Assembly: GCF_964355755.1 (NCBI RefSeq)
Contig: NC_092675.1
Coordinates: 27,500,912 to 27,564,911 of the forward strand
Reading direction: 5' to 3'
Length of the DNA: 64,000 bases
DNA from: Antedon mediterranea
Taxonomy: Eukaryota > Animalia > Echinodermata
In this document: positions 15,201 to 27,394 of the stretch, piece after piece
Numbering within the stretch: position 1 is the stretch's first letter
Layout: every line of letters begins with the position of its first letter
The notes under the pieces: generated by a model
The model's database searches: none
Told to the model about the DNA's origin: nothing
Seen by the model: only the letters and a program-made list of their open reading frames with translations
Position numbers and translations under genes: made by a program

Positions 15201-18200
15201 CACCCTGCATCAGTTTCCCGATAGAACTCCTGCTATAGATTTGAGTGTAACTGTGAGTTTGTGTGCATTTGACAGATTCCACCAAAAAGTTTAGTAAAAG
15301 CTGACGTAAAATGTTAGTACACAAAAAAATCATGTGACATTTAAATATCCTATGATACTGATAATAATAAACACTGTAAAATTATAGATGAATTATTAAT
15401 ATCAAATAGAGAGTGCAACATATAGTATTAAAAATAAAATTAACATGAAGGACAGATACGATGATATACTGCATACTAAATATATACAGTACAGATATCA
15501 AAACATATAAATGGATTATTATATCACAAAGAACAGATAATACAGTATTATATGATTATTATTACTGTAATAAAATTTTAATATCTTAATAAACAACAAA
15601 TGTATTTAAACGAACCTAAAAAAACTGGGGTAATATGCTTCAGTTATGAGTTATACTTTTACAGCAATGTACTTTTCTTACAGTAGTTGCCCCACCATTT
15701 TTTATTTTTATGTGTTGTATTGTTGTTGTATTATTATGCTGGTCGAATAAGTAAAAGAAATGATCAATGTCCTTGTACTATTGTAACGGTAATAATGCTT
15801 TAAATAATAGCACACAAACCAATATCGGCTTTGTAGGCTATGAGTTTTGCTTACCTGGATAAACCAACATTGTTCCTTGAAAAATAGAAAATTCATTGAA
15901 CACCCCTCTCCATAAAATGGTATAGTTGAAAAACCATGCCCCCAATGGGAGAAGATGCAGGTTTATTTAGGAAGCTCAGCAAAGAATAGAAGATATTTAG
16001 TACAATATTTAAAGCCCCATTCCCTACGTTTTTTAGATCTAATTTAAGATCACAAACTATATTTAATGTAAAAATAATACTATATGGTCCTATTGCGATA
16101 ACTTTTTTCGTCTTTAAACGGTTAAAAATGTGAAAAATAAATCGATTCTAATAATTATAGCGGCCCGCTATAAATCCCCAAATGCATTGCGCGCGGATTG
16201 ATATTTTTGTTTTTCACCTGTAATTCGCCCACTTTTCGATCGATCGTGAAGCCAAAACAAATGGAAGACTCCTAACTTTTCAGCGAAAATACCGGGTTTT
16301 CCCCAATTTGTATCAGCGGAGTCTGGCAAAAATAGAAAGACAATTAATGCAGCAACTATACAACGTCAGGCTAGGTATATAGCTAGCGTACGATGTTCGT
16401 ACGTTATCGATGTTTACCAGCTAGGCCTACAAAACTAAGCCTAGCTAGGCTAGGCCTAAGACCGTCCACGAGAGGTCGATCGCCGCGAGCTACTTAGGTA
16501 GTGCATTGTTTCTCACTTTTTATCATAATTTACCATAAAACGTACATTTAAGACAAGGAATGACATGGTTTAATGTTTTTAAAGTGATATATATGTATTA
16601 TTTTCCAAAAAACGTCCAAAATTGCAGGGAAGGGGTCTTTAACCTACAAACATGTTATTACTTTTGAATTTTTCTACTTGTTTCCAACAGTATCTTGTAT
16701 GTTACTGTTAGCAGAGGTGCAAAACAGGATGACATTAAAGTTTGATGAATGCATAAAAGAGTTTATGGGTGCGCAGTCAAAATAATTTGATATCTTAATA
16801 TCATATTACTGTATTTACTGTATAATCATATGAATATTCAACAACAACAAAAAAACCATGGTCAATGTTATTGGCTCACAATAATCCATACAACTAAATA
16901 AGCACGTCACCTAGTTTGGCCGTCGTCCCAATGCCCTAAAGGCACGTATTGTAATCATTGTGTTACGCATACCATTACCAGGTACAGTACTTATATTCGT
17001 GCTAAAAAGGTCAAATTCTATATTAAAAATGTATTGTTCCCCTGAATATTGTTCTTGAATATGCCATTTTAATGTCATATAATAGTTATCCACTTTGAAA
17101 AAAAATTGAATAAAAAAAAACCTGAAAAAACTATACAGTAATTTAAAGAAAAAATAGTCAAATTGGCTGCCACTGCCAGCCAATGGGTTTTTGGTTGATT
17201 TTGACCATTTATTTTGTCACCACTTTATATTGTTTATTATCATTAATATATTATTATTATTATTATATTATACGATTTAATGTGTAACTACGGCATGTTG
17301 ACCTCGGCCCGTACAACATGCTAAAAATTAAAAGATTAGATGTGTTTAAATTTAGGGTGTTGTATAAACACAGCCCAAGACCTACAATATAGTAGATCAT
17401 CGGAAAACAACATATTTTTGGGAATTAGTGCTATAGTTATTCTACTATAACGAACCAATAACTGGTATAATATTAATATCATTACTATACAGTACTATTT
17501 AAAAATATTGTAGAGTACAGTATTACTATTACTGTAGTTACAGTATGACAAATTATAATTTTTTTTATCATTTAACAGAAGTACAGTATTTGTAATCACT
17601 AGTAATAAATGTAACCATATTGAATTAAATAGTAATTAATACATCATGAATTAATATTAATATTATTAATGATGATAAATGTTTTTTTGTACAGCAAAGA
17701 CAAATTTTAAATTATTTTCAGTGACACAAATGTTTTAGTTTTATTTTACATTATAAGAATTTCATATAGTTCATCTCTAAAAACATATTTTTATAATAAT
17801 TCTATGAACATTGTAATAATAGACAGGTGTGGAAATTCTCATCCTAATCGGCTAACAAATTAACCAAGCACAGTTGTTCAAATGAATAAACATAAAATTA
17901 TCTTTATGCTCTATTGTAGTAATAAAAATGTGCTTTAAGAACTAAATTTAAATGCTACTGTATTGTTGTAGTATAATAAAGGACAGTAAAGCGTGGTTCC
18001 CACTAGCGACGCAACACAAGGACATAACGCAACGCAAGTGAATTGACCAATCACACGCGATGGCTTATTCGCTTGTGATTGCTAACTGTCTATAACTTCG
18101 CTTGTCATTGGTTAAAACGCTTGCGTTGCGTTTACGTCCTTGCGTTACGTTCTAGTGGGAACCAAGCTTTAAAAGTACATGGTTCTATGCAGTACCAGGG

Positions 18201-21200
18201 CATATTACACAGTAACACTGCCAGTAACAATGACAGTGTGTACAAAACTATTGTAATCAATACAATGTTATAATATTACATGTCGAATATTCCCCTAAAA
18301 TATACTGAGTGACAAAATATTTGCATGCTTTAAACTAATTACAATCAGTTATAAATGTTATCTGCAAGATGAACTTTTTTTAATGTTATGGATACGTTTG
18401 TATAAATAATACAGAGTACAGTACTATACGTTAAATTCATTTTCCATGTGCCTTTGTAAAGACTGTCTTTTACTGTATACGTAAAAAAAAAAACCAGCTT
18501 TTGTGACTGTGTACAATTTGAAACGAATACTGTTATGCTGCATAAAATAAACAATAAAAGAAATGTCACATGAGCATCAAACTACAACAAAATTGTAATA
18601 AAGATCGTTTTCTATGTTTTTACAACACGTGGCATTCTAATTTACAATATTGATCTTGGAATCTACTATTTCACACTAACACAATCTTCTGGCAAAACTA
18701 CTTTAATGCTCCAATGGACTAAAGGAGATTCACTGAAATGTATACCATTTTGTTATGTACTGTATTAAATTGAAATGCGGATTTCTATTCCTATGCTAAC
18801 TTCATAACAAGTCGACCACATCATTTTAATTAATTTAGTTTAAAACTATTATTAATAATTATTACTAAAGTATAATCTTCTAAAAAGTCTGATTTTTTTT
18901 TTAAAGTCTTAAATTTCAAAAGTAAGTTTAAGTAGTAGTTTCAAGTTTAGTTTCAAATTAGCGCATCTGGAACTGAAAAAACATTGTGGAAGAAATACTG
19001 ATTATGGAAAAATAGTGATGAGGTACAGTATTTACTACCATCATCGGAGTTCCTCTCACACTCAAATCAATTTTATTTCCACAATATTATAACATACATA
19101 CAGTATAATAAATGCAATGAAGTATTCATGTGAGAGAGGGGGGGGGGGGGGAGAGTCATATAAGTTAGAAAGACTTTCAGTTTGACCCACCCAAAGATAT
19201 AACATTATTAAATACGAATACGAAAAAGAGAAAAAAAAATATATATATACATAAACTAATAATAAATAATAAAAAACAAAGCTACAATTTCTATTTAAAT
19301 CATATTATCCGACCTTAACTGGTTTTATAGAATTTATATATTTAACGTTCATCATATCTTGAAAGTAAATAGTTCTTGTAATGTATACTAATTTAAATTT
19401 AGAAGTTGTAGATACATTTTTAATATCTACATGAATTGAATTCCATAATTTAGCTCTTTGGTATTTAATAGAGTTCTTGATCAAACTGTGTGTACATTTT
19501 AGTGGTTTACATATTGTCCTCAAATTTAACTAGTTTTCTGGCCTGTGTCTCTTTTTGAATTTTGCTTGTATTTTAAAATTGTACATATATTAGCATGTTG
19601 AACTTGTGTGTATATATTGAAATTATATTTTAATATTTTAGTTTTGAATTTTACAAAATCTGGAAATGTTATCACAATTTTAAATTTATAGTAATTTTAT
19701 ATAATTAATTTTTTATGATAATATATTTTTGTACTGTTTGTTTTGTATTCTCGAGGGCCCAATGATAAGCTTTGCTGGATGGGCTACCCTCATGAAACAT
19801 GGTTCAATAAAAAAATATTATAGTAGCAAAAATCTACGAAATGCAAGTCATCCTTGTAAACAATACAATTATTCAAATTCGCCTTTTGCGTTTTATGACT
19901 AACAAACATTTCTTCTGCAACATCCTTTTAATGGATTACATTTTACAGCACTTTCTTTAAATAGTTTAATGTATTTATTAATTTTTTTGAAGTGAGACTT
20001 TTCATTTCAGATAAATTCTTTAGTTCAATTCAAGTGTTTTCATGGAATCAATTACTGTAGACTTATTAGTTTGGATCACTGCACATAAAACCATGTGTTT
20101 TATGTTTAGAAGAACTTTAAAAACATGTGAATTGTGAATGCTATGTTTATTGTACATTGGCTATTGTAAAATATCGCCATATTAATGTCGGTCGTTATCA
20201 GAAATTTGCTTAATTGTCTTTTCTTTTCCAGCCCCTCAACTGAAGTTGCATGTTAAGAATTTTTTTAAAGAAAAGATGGTTTGCACTAGTTTATTAGGGT
20301 AATTAGTGATAAGTAATTTAATAATTTCATTTCCACTTTTCAGCAAAACTTGAACATATTGGGCCGTTGTGTGAATCAATGTTTTGTTGAATCGTTTTTG
20401 GTGTGAATGCCTGAATTTCCTTCGTTGTTCAATACACCAGGATTGAACATCTGAATGCACTTCGCTTCTATCAAAACGTACCATATTTGGGTACATCACA
20501 CTTAATTGTCAAACTAGTATAATAGTGTAGACAGAGCTTAACAACCTGTTGTTTACAGGTAGGGTCAGAAGGTCACCCTTGGCCAAACATTTATTTCTTA
20601 ATTGTATTTATTATTATCCATAGGGCAGTAAGATTGTTTTAAATAACTTTCAAAACTCTGGAGTGTTTACAGGATTGGTGTGAATTGGAACTCTTTTCTA
20701 GACGATGACAATGTTATTACCTAGGCTAGCACTTTGGAGACAATTCAGTGTTTTTCAGAGTTCATTCACAATGTAAAAAAAATAAGGGGTATTAATATTA
20801 CAGTACTCTCAATTTCTCAAATCAGTTTTATCATCTGTTTTCTATAAAAACTTAAATACAGTAGTACTAGTAGTAGCCAGAGATTTTTTGGTATCCAAAA
20901 TAACTTTGCACTACGAAAACGAACGTCCCACAAAGCAACAACGTCCTACAAAAGCAACAATATTTTACAAAGGAATGAATAACCTTAACCTACTGTAGTA
21001 TGATTCTTAAGACTGTATTCTCAGTCTTTGATCCAACACAAAGGATGTCAAGGTAAATGCCATGGAGGAAATGCAGTTTATGTTCTAATCAACAGACCAT
21101 TCTCAAACACAAAACAATCTCCCGCAATCTTTATCTATTTCTACTGCGAAATTGCAATAAAAGTATGTTTTATTGTACTTTTAAACTAAAGTTGTCTGGT

Positions 21201-24200
21201 GGTAGTGGTTTTTGGTGGGAAAATATTGTAAATCTTTGAATTTATCTTGACAATGGTAAATGAAGTTAATGATTATAAATACTGATAGTATTGAGAGATG
21301 TTGTCTTTTTTGTAGGAAAAAAAAGGTGGGGCCTACAATACTATAACAGTAAAAGTATGACAGGGATGTAGAGAGATACGTTACAGTGGAAAAGACAAAA
21401 CTATACTAAAAGGTTTTGTGTATCCAGAACAGAATGTTGAAATTATACTGTAAGGGGAATAGATTTGAACAGATTTTTTAAAAAACCATTTGTGAAGTTT
21501 TTTAGCTGCTTTCATAATCTATAGAAAATTTAAGAAAAAGACTCCATTATTTTGTTTACCAAATTTATAATCGGTCATGAGAAGTTCTGGTGGTTTTTCG
21601 ATACAAGCATAACTGATTTCTAAAGGGTCCAGGGCTGCCAGGTGATGCCCCCTAATCTGTAAAAAAATCATCCTGTCTTGTTAAACAATACATCATCAAC
21701 CTTATACAGACAATTGAAAGTATTCCAAATGCACACTCTAATTTCAGTAGAAATTAGTAGTTTAATTCAGGTTAATTAATAATATCTTCAGTAATATTAA
21801 GTTTATACAGTACTAACTACTACTGAACTCTCTCAATATCAGATTCTCTGAAAAACTCTTCCAACACCAGGGGTGGATTGCTATAAAACAGTCTTAACTG
21901 ATGGTCTTAACTCCCCGATTAAAGCCGGCTTTATCAGATAGACGGTCTTATTAAAGCCACTCCTGATAGACCATTGCTATAAACCAGTCTTAGATAAGAC
22001 CGCGTAAAGTAACAAATTGAGGGCGTACTTTGCGCGTAGAATACCAAATAAGGTAATGTTCGTCACGCTTGTTCAATTCACAATCATAACAGTACGTACA
22101 TTTCTACGCGAGAAAATCCATTCTAGGCCTATATAACAATAAAATCACCATTATTATTTGATTTAACACTTAAAACTCGTTCAATTGGTTGTCTTTGACG
22201 ATAAATAATACGTAAAAGCAACAAAAAGAGAGGTTTAACTTATAAGACTGTTTTAAGACTCCTTCGAGTAGGCTTTAATTTTAAAGACCGTTTACAGGTT
22301 AGACCGCGGTATAGCAATGGTCTATAATATAAGACTACTTGGTACGTCACGAATTATAGCCGGCTAAGCGCTAAGACCGGTTATAGACCGCTTATAGCAA
22401 TCCGCCCCAGACTTGAGGTCCAAAACGAAAAATACATTTAGAAATATACCAGAATTTCTAGAAAGCCAGCCCAACAGTATCTGGTATTGGGAGAGTTACA
22501 ATAGGTCTTTGTACAAAAAGACCTACAGTATGTGTATTGTAGTGGTAGTATGGCAGACTCTCTGTATCGTACCATTGTTTAATTTTAAAAGAATTCCTGA
22601 AAAGCGGTATTTAAAATGATACAATGAATGAATGCAGACTGAAACCAGTCAATGACGGACTAATGTTCTCAATCATGAGGACGTCTAACAAAACATATAA
22701 CATTGAATGAGAAAGAAAGAATGCGTAGCCAACCTGATATGAACGAATGATGGCCTGCACACTCAGATGATCCTCAATCACTTGGCGATCAAATGTGGGA
22801 GATTGTGTTAGACTGCCTCCTGTTGGAACAACGCTCATCACCGATGGTGGCGCTTGATAAGCGGTTCCAGGTGCGGCACCCTTTTCTGCATTCCGGAAGA
22901 AAATATCCCACGACTAGAAACAGAAAAAATATGAATTTTAAATTATGTTCAGTAATCTTGGATACAGTAATAATAATAATATTAATTTCAAAAGTATAAA
23001 GAAAATGAATTAATGTAATTTATACAATATATTGTATTGTACAATAACAAATTACGCAGAGACAACTTTACAAGGTAAACCTTAGATTCAAGGTGCTCTG
23101 AAAACAATTACAATATTTGTTCATACTTTTTTCGTTATCCATCTTTGACAATATGCTTTCCAAAAGGTTTTTTCATTTTGTGTATTTAAGAAAGGATGGT
23201 TTGTTATTTTGTCAATAAACAATAAAAAAATACTGTATAAAACACATTTTCCTAATTTACCCCAAAAAAGATGTACACATCAAAGAATAATGTACTGTAT
23301 ACATTTTCATTACTGTATTTAAAGAACAAATATAAAACAATTCTTTTCACACCACAGTACTCTTCATGACATTATTATATATTGCCATTAATAACAAGTG
23401 TCATTAATAAATGATTGTTTTGCATATTGGCATTTACCATCAGGTATAAAAGGTTAATAACATTATGAAAAGACACCTCTTTATTTAGAAGTCTTCTGCG
23501 CACATTCCATATGGTGTACTGTGCAGTGAATCAAACAATATGCTTAAAATCATTAGATTTATATAATAATATATAATACAAAAACATCAAACAAATTAAA
23601 TTTTATGATCATTCTCAAATTCTCATCTCATCTCATAGCCTATTTCACCCACTGCTGTGTGAAGGCCTCCTCCAGCTGTTTCCATTTAGTTCTGTTTCTT
23701 GCCGGTCTTTTCCATTTCCATGTACGTTGTAATGTTGTCACGCCATCTTCTTTTTTGCCGTCCTCTTCTTCTTCTCCCTGTCCTCGGCTGCTATTGTACA
23801 TCAAAGGTGTTGTTTCCATGTAAATTTTATTATTAAATTATCTGTCTCTGTTTGAAAGGTAACTAAATATTATCATGACTTAATGTCTTGTTACTAAGTC
23901 TGTGTGTACATGTAGTATGTTCATAATATTGAAATCCAGTAAATTTATCACAGTACTGTACCAACATTGGTGAGTGAGTGTGGCCGAGCTCTTAAGACAG
24001 TGGAACCGTAATCCATAGCCATAACATCGGCAAGGCTTCGAGGCTCACTCGCTCCTTGGTTCTGGTGGTAGAACAAGTCTTCTCGGATAAGGACTATAAA
24101 CCGTAGGTCCAGTGTACTGTACATCTGGCTCATGTGCACTTTAAAAAACCTAGTACATATTTCGAGACGAGTAGGGGGTTACCCCGGTGTACTAGTTCAT

Positions 24201-27200
24201 ACATACACACTGTCGTGGACAGAAGTGATGGCGCCGTAGTTGGCTGTCGATGACACGATGTGACCCTTAGGGGAGAAGAATGTTGTTGAAAAGATGTAAC
24301 ATCTAAAGTCCACAGTGCCTTTGATCACTAATTGTTGCTGGAACTGGCGCTTTACAAATTTGTATATTATATTATTATTAAATGAGAATGTTGATACTGT
24401 AATAAGGTATATATTGTCTAAAAGTTTTTGCATGACAAATAAACTGTCAGGTTTGCGGTACATGCGTTTAAAAAAAAGAAATTAAGTATGGCTGAGAATG
24501 TCTCGATGTTGGTACTACAGTATGATCGAGTAAATACTCTGGATCTACAGTTACCGTATTATGCAAATAAGTGTAGGTCAACCAAGCCAATTGACCTTTT
24601 TGATCTTTGACCCCTAGTACCTACAAATAATATCAGAAAACTGATCTACAGGTGGTAAGATTCCCCCAACAATGTACATATAACTAATCTACGATTATTT
24701 ACTAAATTCCTAGGTTTGTTTATTTATTTATCTTAGTCCTAGACAGAATTACTTTAATACCAAACTTTTTCTAAAAGAAAAACATCAATCCAAAATCATT
24801 GCATCATATACCGCTGTGGGACTACAGTACAGTATTCATGAGCACATGGCTTTCTTGAAAAAAATGAAAGCTACCTACAGTAGTACTGTATATTACAGTT
24901 TACAACAGTTCAAAAGCAAAGTTACAATAGTGAGCGCACAGTATAACACAACTGAACACACCGTGTTACCAACGTGTTAGGACATACTCAGTAGAGTCAT
25001 TCAAATCATCTTCATTGATTAATATTGACACGATGCTGTCGACGATAATGCATTTCATTATAAACGATTGGTCGTTTAATATCCAACAAGACTTTCTATC
25101 AACTGTGACATTAATTTGGCTAACATTATCAGCTAACAAACCTAGTAGGTGATACAAAACTAGAATTAAAATGCTACCTGTACGGGTTAAGATTGAATTT
25201 TACAGCTAAGCGCTCTGTCTACACTACTGTCAAACTTTATGTGACAAAAAATGTGATATGTCCATATATGGACATGATGATGTCATACCACTACCATATT
25301 TGGGCATACCACTACCATATTTGGGCATATCACTACCATATTTGGGCACATCACACTGTTTTTGTTTTCACAATGATTTTATGACAGATGTGTCTACTCT
25401 ACAATATGGTACTTGATCTAACGTATGGCATTCCTACTGCACAATACACTCTGTACAGATTAATTGGTATCGTGTTTTAGTTTTTTTAATCAGTGTACAG
25501 TATCTTGATAATACAACAATATTTACCTAGTACATTGCATAAAAACCTGAATGGAAAATTACATTCTGTACATTATCATTATTTAAATAAGGAAGTGAGG
25601 GAGGGACTTGTGACATTATTGCTGAACAGTTTATAAATGCTAAATCCAGATTTGCATTAATCAATTCTTTGTTGATAACTTGTTGTTGATAACTTGTAAT
25701 TATAATTAATTATAAACAAATTAATCTACAATAATTGTAAAATTTAAAAATTATAATCTCAATCATTTCTGTATAGTATTATTAATAATATAGGACTTAC
25801 TTTATAGGTCTGTGTCTTTATAGGTTTATAGGTATTTTATAAATAAAATTATATTTAGGAGAAAAAGTAAGTTCTAATTTTATAAAGTGGAAGGATCATT
25901 AAAATATAGTAAGATTCATTAGGCTGCCTGAGATTGTTTCCTTAAACTTTCGATAAGAGGACATCAGGTGATGACTGAGCTTGACTATGCTAAATGTCTC
26001 ATCATGAGGAAGTGATCATTTCCTTGGACAGTTCTGCTGCACACACAACATTGCACTGTACACAAATTGAGAACATTTTTTTAAAGAAAGTAACTCAGTC
26101 AGGGGCCAGTCTCTACAGCAAGAAATCGATTTATAGCCCTTGAATAAATTAGTGAATGAATTCGGCAGAAGACATACAGTACATTGGTCTACAATATCAA
26201 ACTTTATGTGATAAAAAATGTCACGTGCCCATGGACATGATGATGTAATATCATATTTAAGGATATCACTACCATATTTGGGCACATGTATCACACTTTT
26301 TTTTTGTCAAACTACTGTAGATGATAGAGTAGACAGAGCTTTAGAAATAGAAATAGAGAAAGTAGAAAAAGGGCACAGCCCAGGGTCATTCATTAATCAG
26401 CAATGAACCAAAGTATATTTGTTGTTGGTGGTATACAGTAATTCAGAACAAAGTATTGGTTATCCAATTGTTTATCTCTAGTTTAAAGGTCATTAATTAT
26501 ACATTCAAAATGAATAAGTTCAGCAACAGAATCAATATATAGCAAAATTGGCTGTTTTATTCTACCATCTTTAATTAAAAGTTTTACCAAAGGTTATTTG
26601 TACTGCACTGCAGGCAAAGAAAGCTCCAATGGTTCCATCATAATATATGATGACCAATTCATATTTCTGGACTCTACTACCTACAGTGCCCTTGACTTTT
26701 ATTAGTACAGGGTGGTGTATACTATACTCTATCCTATCAACAGCGACATGGAAAAAGGTAAGGAATATTGGACTAGCATGTGAGAGGCATGGGTTCCAGA
26801 CTTGTCTGTGATCCTAAAATGAAAGATACTATACATCAAGACAATCATTGTAGCAGCCGCTCAGCTGGAAAGTTCCCAATATTAGTCCTTCACAAAAACT
26901 TATTTCTTGGCCAACTACCAGCAAATCTTTCCAAAAATCTGACACAGATGAGCGGCAATTTACTTTGATGAATGGCTTGATTCAAACTGACATTTCGTAG
27001 AATACAATAGTATTGTTGGCAAAGAAGTTGTGAAGCTCCATGTGTAACATGTTTTGCTGCCATCTTGTATAATATTACAGTATAAGGAAACTTGGCTGTG
27101 CCTTAAGAACTATAACATACACAAATCAATAGTAAAAGGCTTTAATCAATTAAACATCGTGGCTGAGTAAACCAAAATACATACCTTATGTACACTTTGT

Positions 27201-27394
27201 GGATTTTCTAACCATGATACATACATTTCCTCAACATAATTAGAACTGCTACCATTAAGGAATGGTTCTGTGGCAACAGGCGCAACATAATATCGAGGAA
27301 ACTGAAGTCTTTCGGCACAATGCCGTGGCCAGAACGTCCTATTTACATTGGCCAATTGTCGGCTTTTATTTAAAACTGTCTTAATATGTTGCAT
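232..27394 (-). CDS. OGDH: 2-oxoglutarate dehydrogenase E1 component, mitochondrial (21 coding exons, 999 aa with the 103-nt exon or 997 aa with the 97-nt exon)
   Basis: Exons in transcript order: 27185-27394, 22734-22913, [21560-21656 or 14863-14965], 12293-12393, 11528-11682, 10872-11109, 10405-10584, 9855-9983, 9215-9394, 8831-8983, 8331-8433, 7630-7746, 7222-7372, 6968-7095, 5728-5906, 5418-5489, 2506-2631, 2341-2413, 779-942, 520-674, 232-334. All are GT-AG and sum to 3000 nt in frame. Motifs: [36 protein letters not shown], ThDP-binding [54 protein letters not shown]. The basic N-terminus fits a mitochondrial presequence. Confidence 0.96.
1383..2310. mobile_element. non-autonomous PIF/Harbinger-type DNA transposon (MITE)
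   Basis: It has a perfect 36-bp TIR (CGCCCGTATTCTTAAACCGGACTTTAGTCGTAGTTC), TAA on both flanks, and subterminal CGACTAAA repeats. Confidence 0.88.
4095..4464 (-). mobile_element. 5S rRNA-derived SINE (SINE3-like) with CORE-like and Deu-like central segments
   Basis: The head ACAGCCATACTGAGTTGAAACACTGCTTCTTGTCAGATCACCGAAGTTCAAGCAACGT resembles the 5' half of 5S rRNA. It is followed by TCCTTAGGCAAGATGCTTTACTCTCATTGCCTC and then GGATGGGATGTAAAG..GCACGTTAAAGAAC..TTCGAAAAAGAGTAGGG..CCCGGTGT. Confidence 0.7.
5966..6819. mobile_element. non-autonomous TIR element, superfamily unclear
   Basis: It has a 22-bp TIR (AATAGAGAGAAATGGCGAACCG) plus an inverted subterminal CCGAGTGGGTATA motif. Confidence 0.8.
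8052..9185. mobile_element. three copies (8052-8197, 8539-8666, 9050-9185) of a ~135-bp hairpin MITE family AGCTCTGTCTACACTATCAAAC...GTTTGATAGTGTAGACAGAGCT
   Basis: It has a 22-bp TIR and TAA flanks. Further copies lie at 2781-2860, 10688-10791, 13534-13653, 20478-20538, 25210-25398 and 26186-26340. The listed span also includes two OGDH exons. Confidence 0.85.
10199..10385. mobile_element. short imperfect-hairpin MITE (related copy at about 9643-9785)
   Basis: The ends GTCTTTCACACCTGTTC and GAACCGGTGTGGAAGAC are inverted, and the ACACCTGTTCAG..GGTTCTG..GGCAAATCAA segment is shared by both copies. Confidence 0.6.
11230..11423 (-). mobile_element. tRNA-derived SINE, same family as 23972-24380, internally deleted
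   Basis: The head is GAGTCGAGTGGCCGAGTGGTTAAG with box B GGTTCAAGAC. The GGATAAG..GGTCCAG and GGGGGTTACCCCGGTGT segments are shared with 23972-24380. Confidence 0.7.
12808..12848. repeat. (GTGA)n microsatellite
   Basis: About 10 perfect units. Confidence 0.95.
14863..14965 (-). CDS. OGDH: OGDH mutually exclusive exon, downstream variant (103 nt): [34 protein letters not shown]
   Basis: The acceptor is cctttcgtctcgtag and the donor is G/gtaaga. Phase is 0 in and 1 out. It carries CADLD at the position of the vertebrate DADLD motif. Confidence 0.92.
16013..16638. mobile_element. TTAA-targeting non-autonomous DNA transposon (Kolobok-like)
   Basis: TTAA flanks both ends. The imperfect TIR is AGCCCCATTCCCTAC / GCAGGGAAGGGGTCT, giving AG..CT termini. 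Confidence 0.65.
17990..18168. mobile_element. 179-bp palindromic MITE (other copies at 51272-51450, 59772-59917 truncated, and a fragment near 3592)
   Basis: Termini are AGCKTGGTTCCCACTAG with TWA flanks. The copy at 51272 is near-identical and inverted. Confidence 0.85.
19100..19530 (-). mobile_element. 3' remnant of a CR1/L2-group LINE
   Basis: [15 protein letters not shown]...SKFK is a typical RT C-terminus, followed by a T-rich UTR. Confidence 0.6.
21560..21656 (-). CDS. OGDH: OGDH mutually exclusive exon, upstream variant (97 nt): [32 protein letters not shown]
   Basis: The acceptor is tttttttacag and the donor is G/gtaaac. Phase is 0 in and 1 out. It is paralogous to the 14863-14965 exon but lacks the acidic ADLD motif. 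Confidence 0.88.
21871..22407. mobile_element. Harbinger-type MITE
   Basis: The TIR is GGGTGGATTGCTATA / TATAGCAATCCGCCC, the TSD is CAG, and GGTCTTA/TAAGAC motifs repeat internally. Confidence 0.8.
23617..23820 (-). mobile_element. 3' remnant of an RTE-like LINE
   Basis: It encodes [15 protein letters not shown]...[20 protein letters not shown] across a frameshift, followed by a (TGAGA)n tail. Confidence 0.7.
23972..24380 (+). mobile_element. tRNA-derived SINE with Deu-like core
   Basis: Box A is TGGCCGAG and box B is GCTTCGAGGC. The core is GGATAAGGACTATAAACCGTAGGTCC..GAGTAGGGGGTTACCCCGGTGT, and the tail is LINE-like, ending in (TTA)n. Confidence 0.75.

Noticed and set aside
16911-17000. 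Segment ending AAACTAG/gtgac, like the 103-nt exon, as a third alternative exon
   Set aside because: The required frame has a TAG stop and there is no IRGH/LDPL similarity.
20236-20499. 87-aa minus-strand ORF in an OGDH intron
   Set aside because: It starts inside a MITE fragment, has no recognisable homology and lacks a convincing donor.
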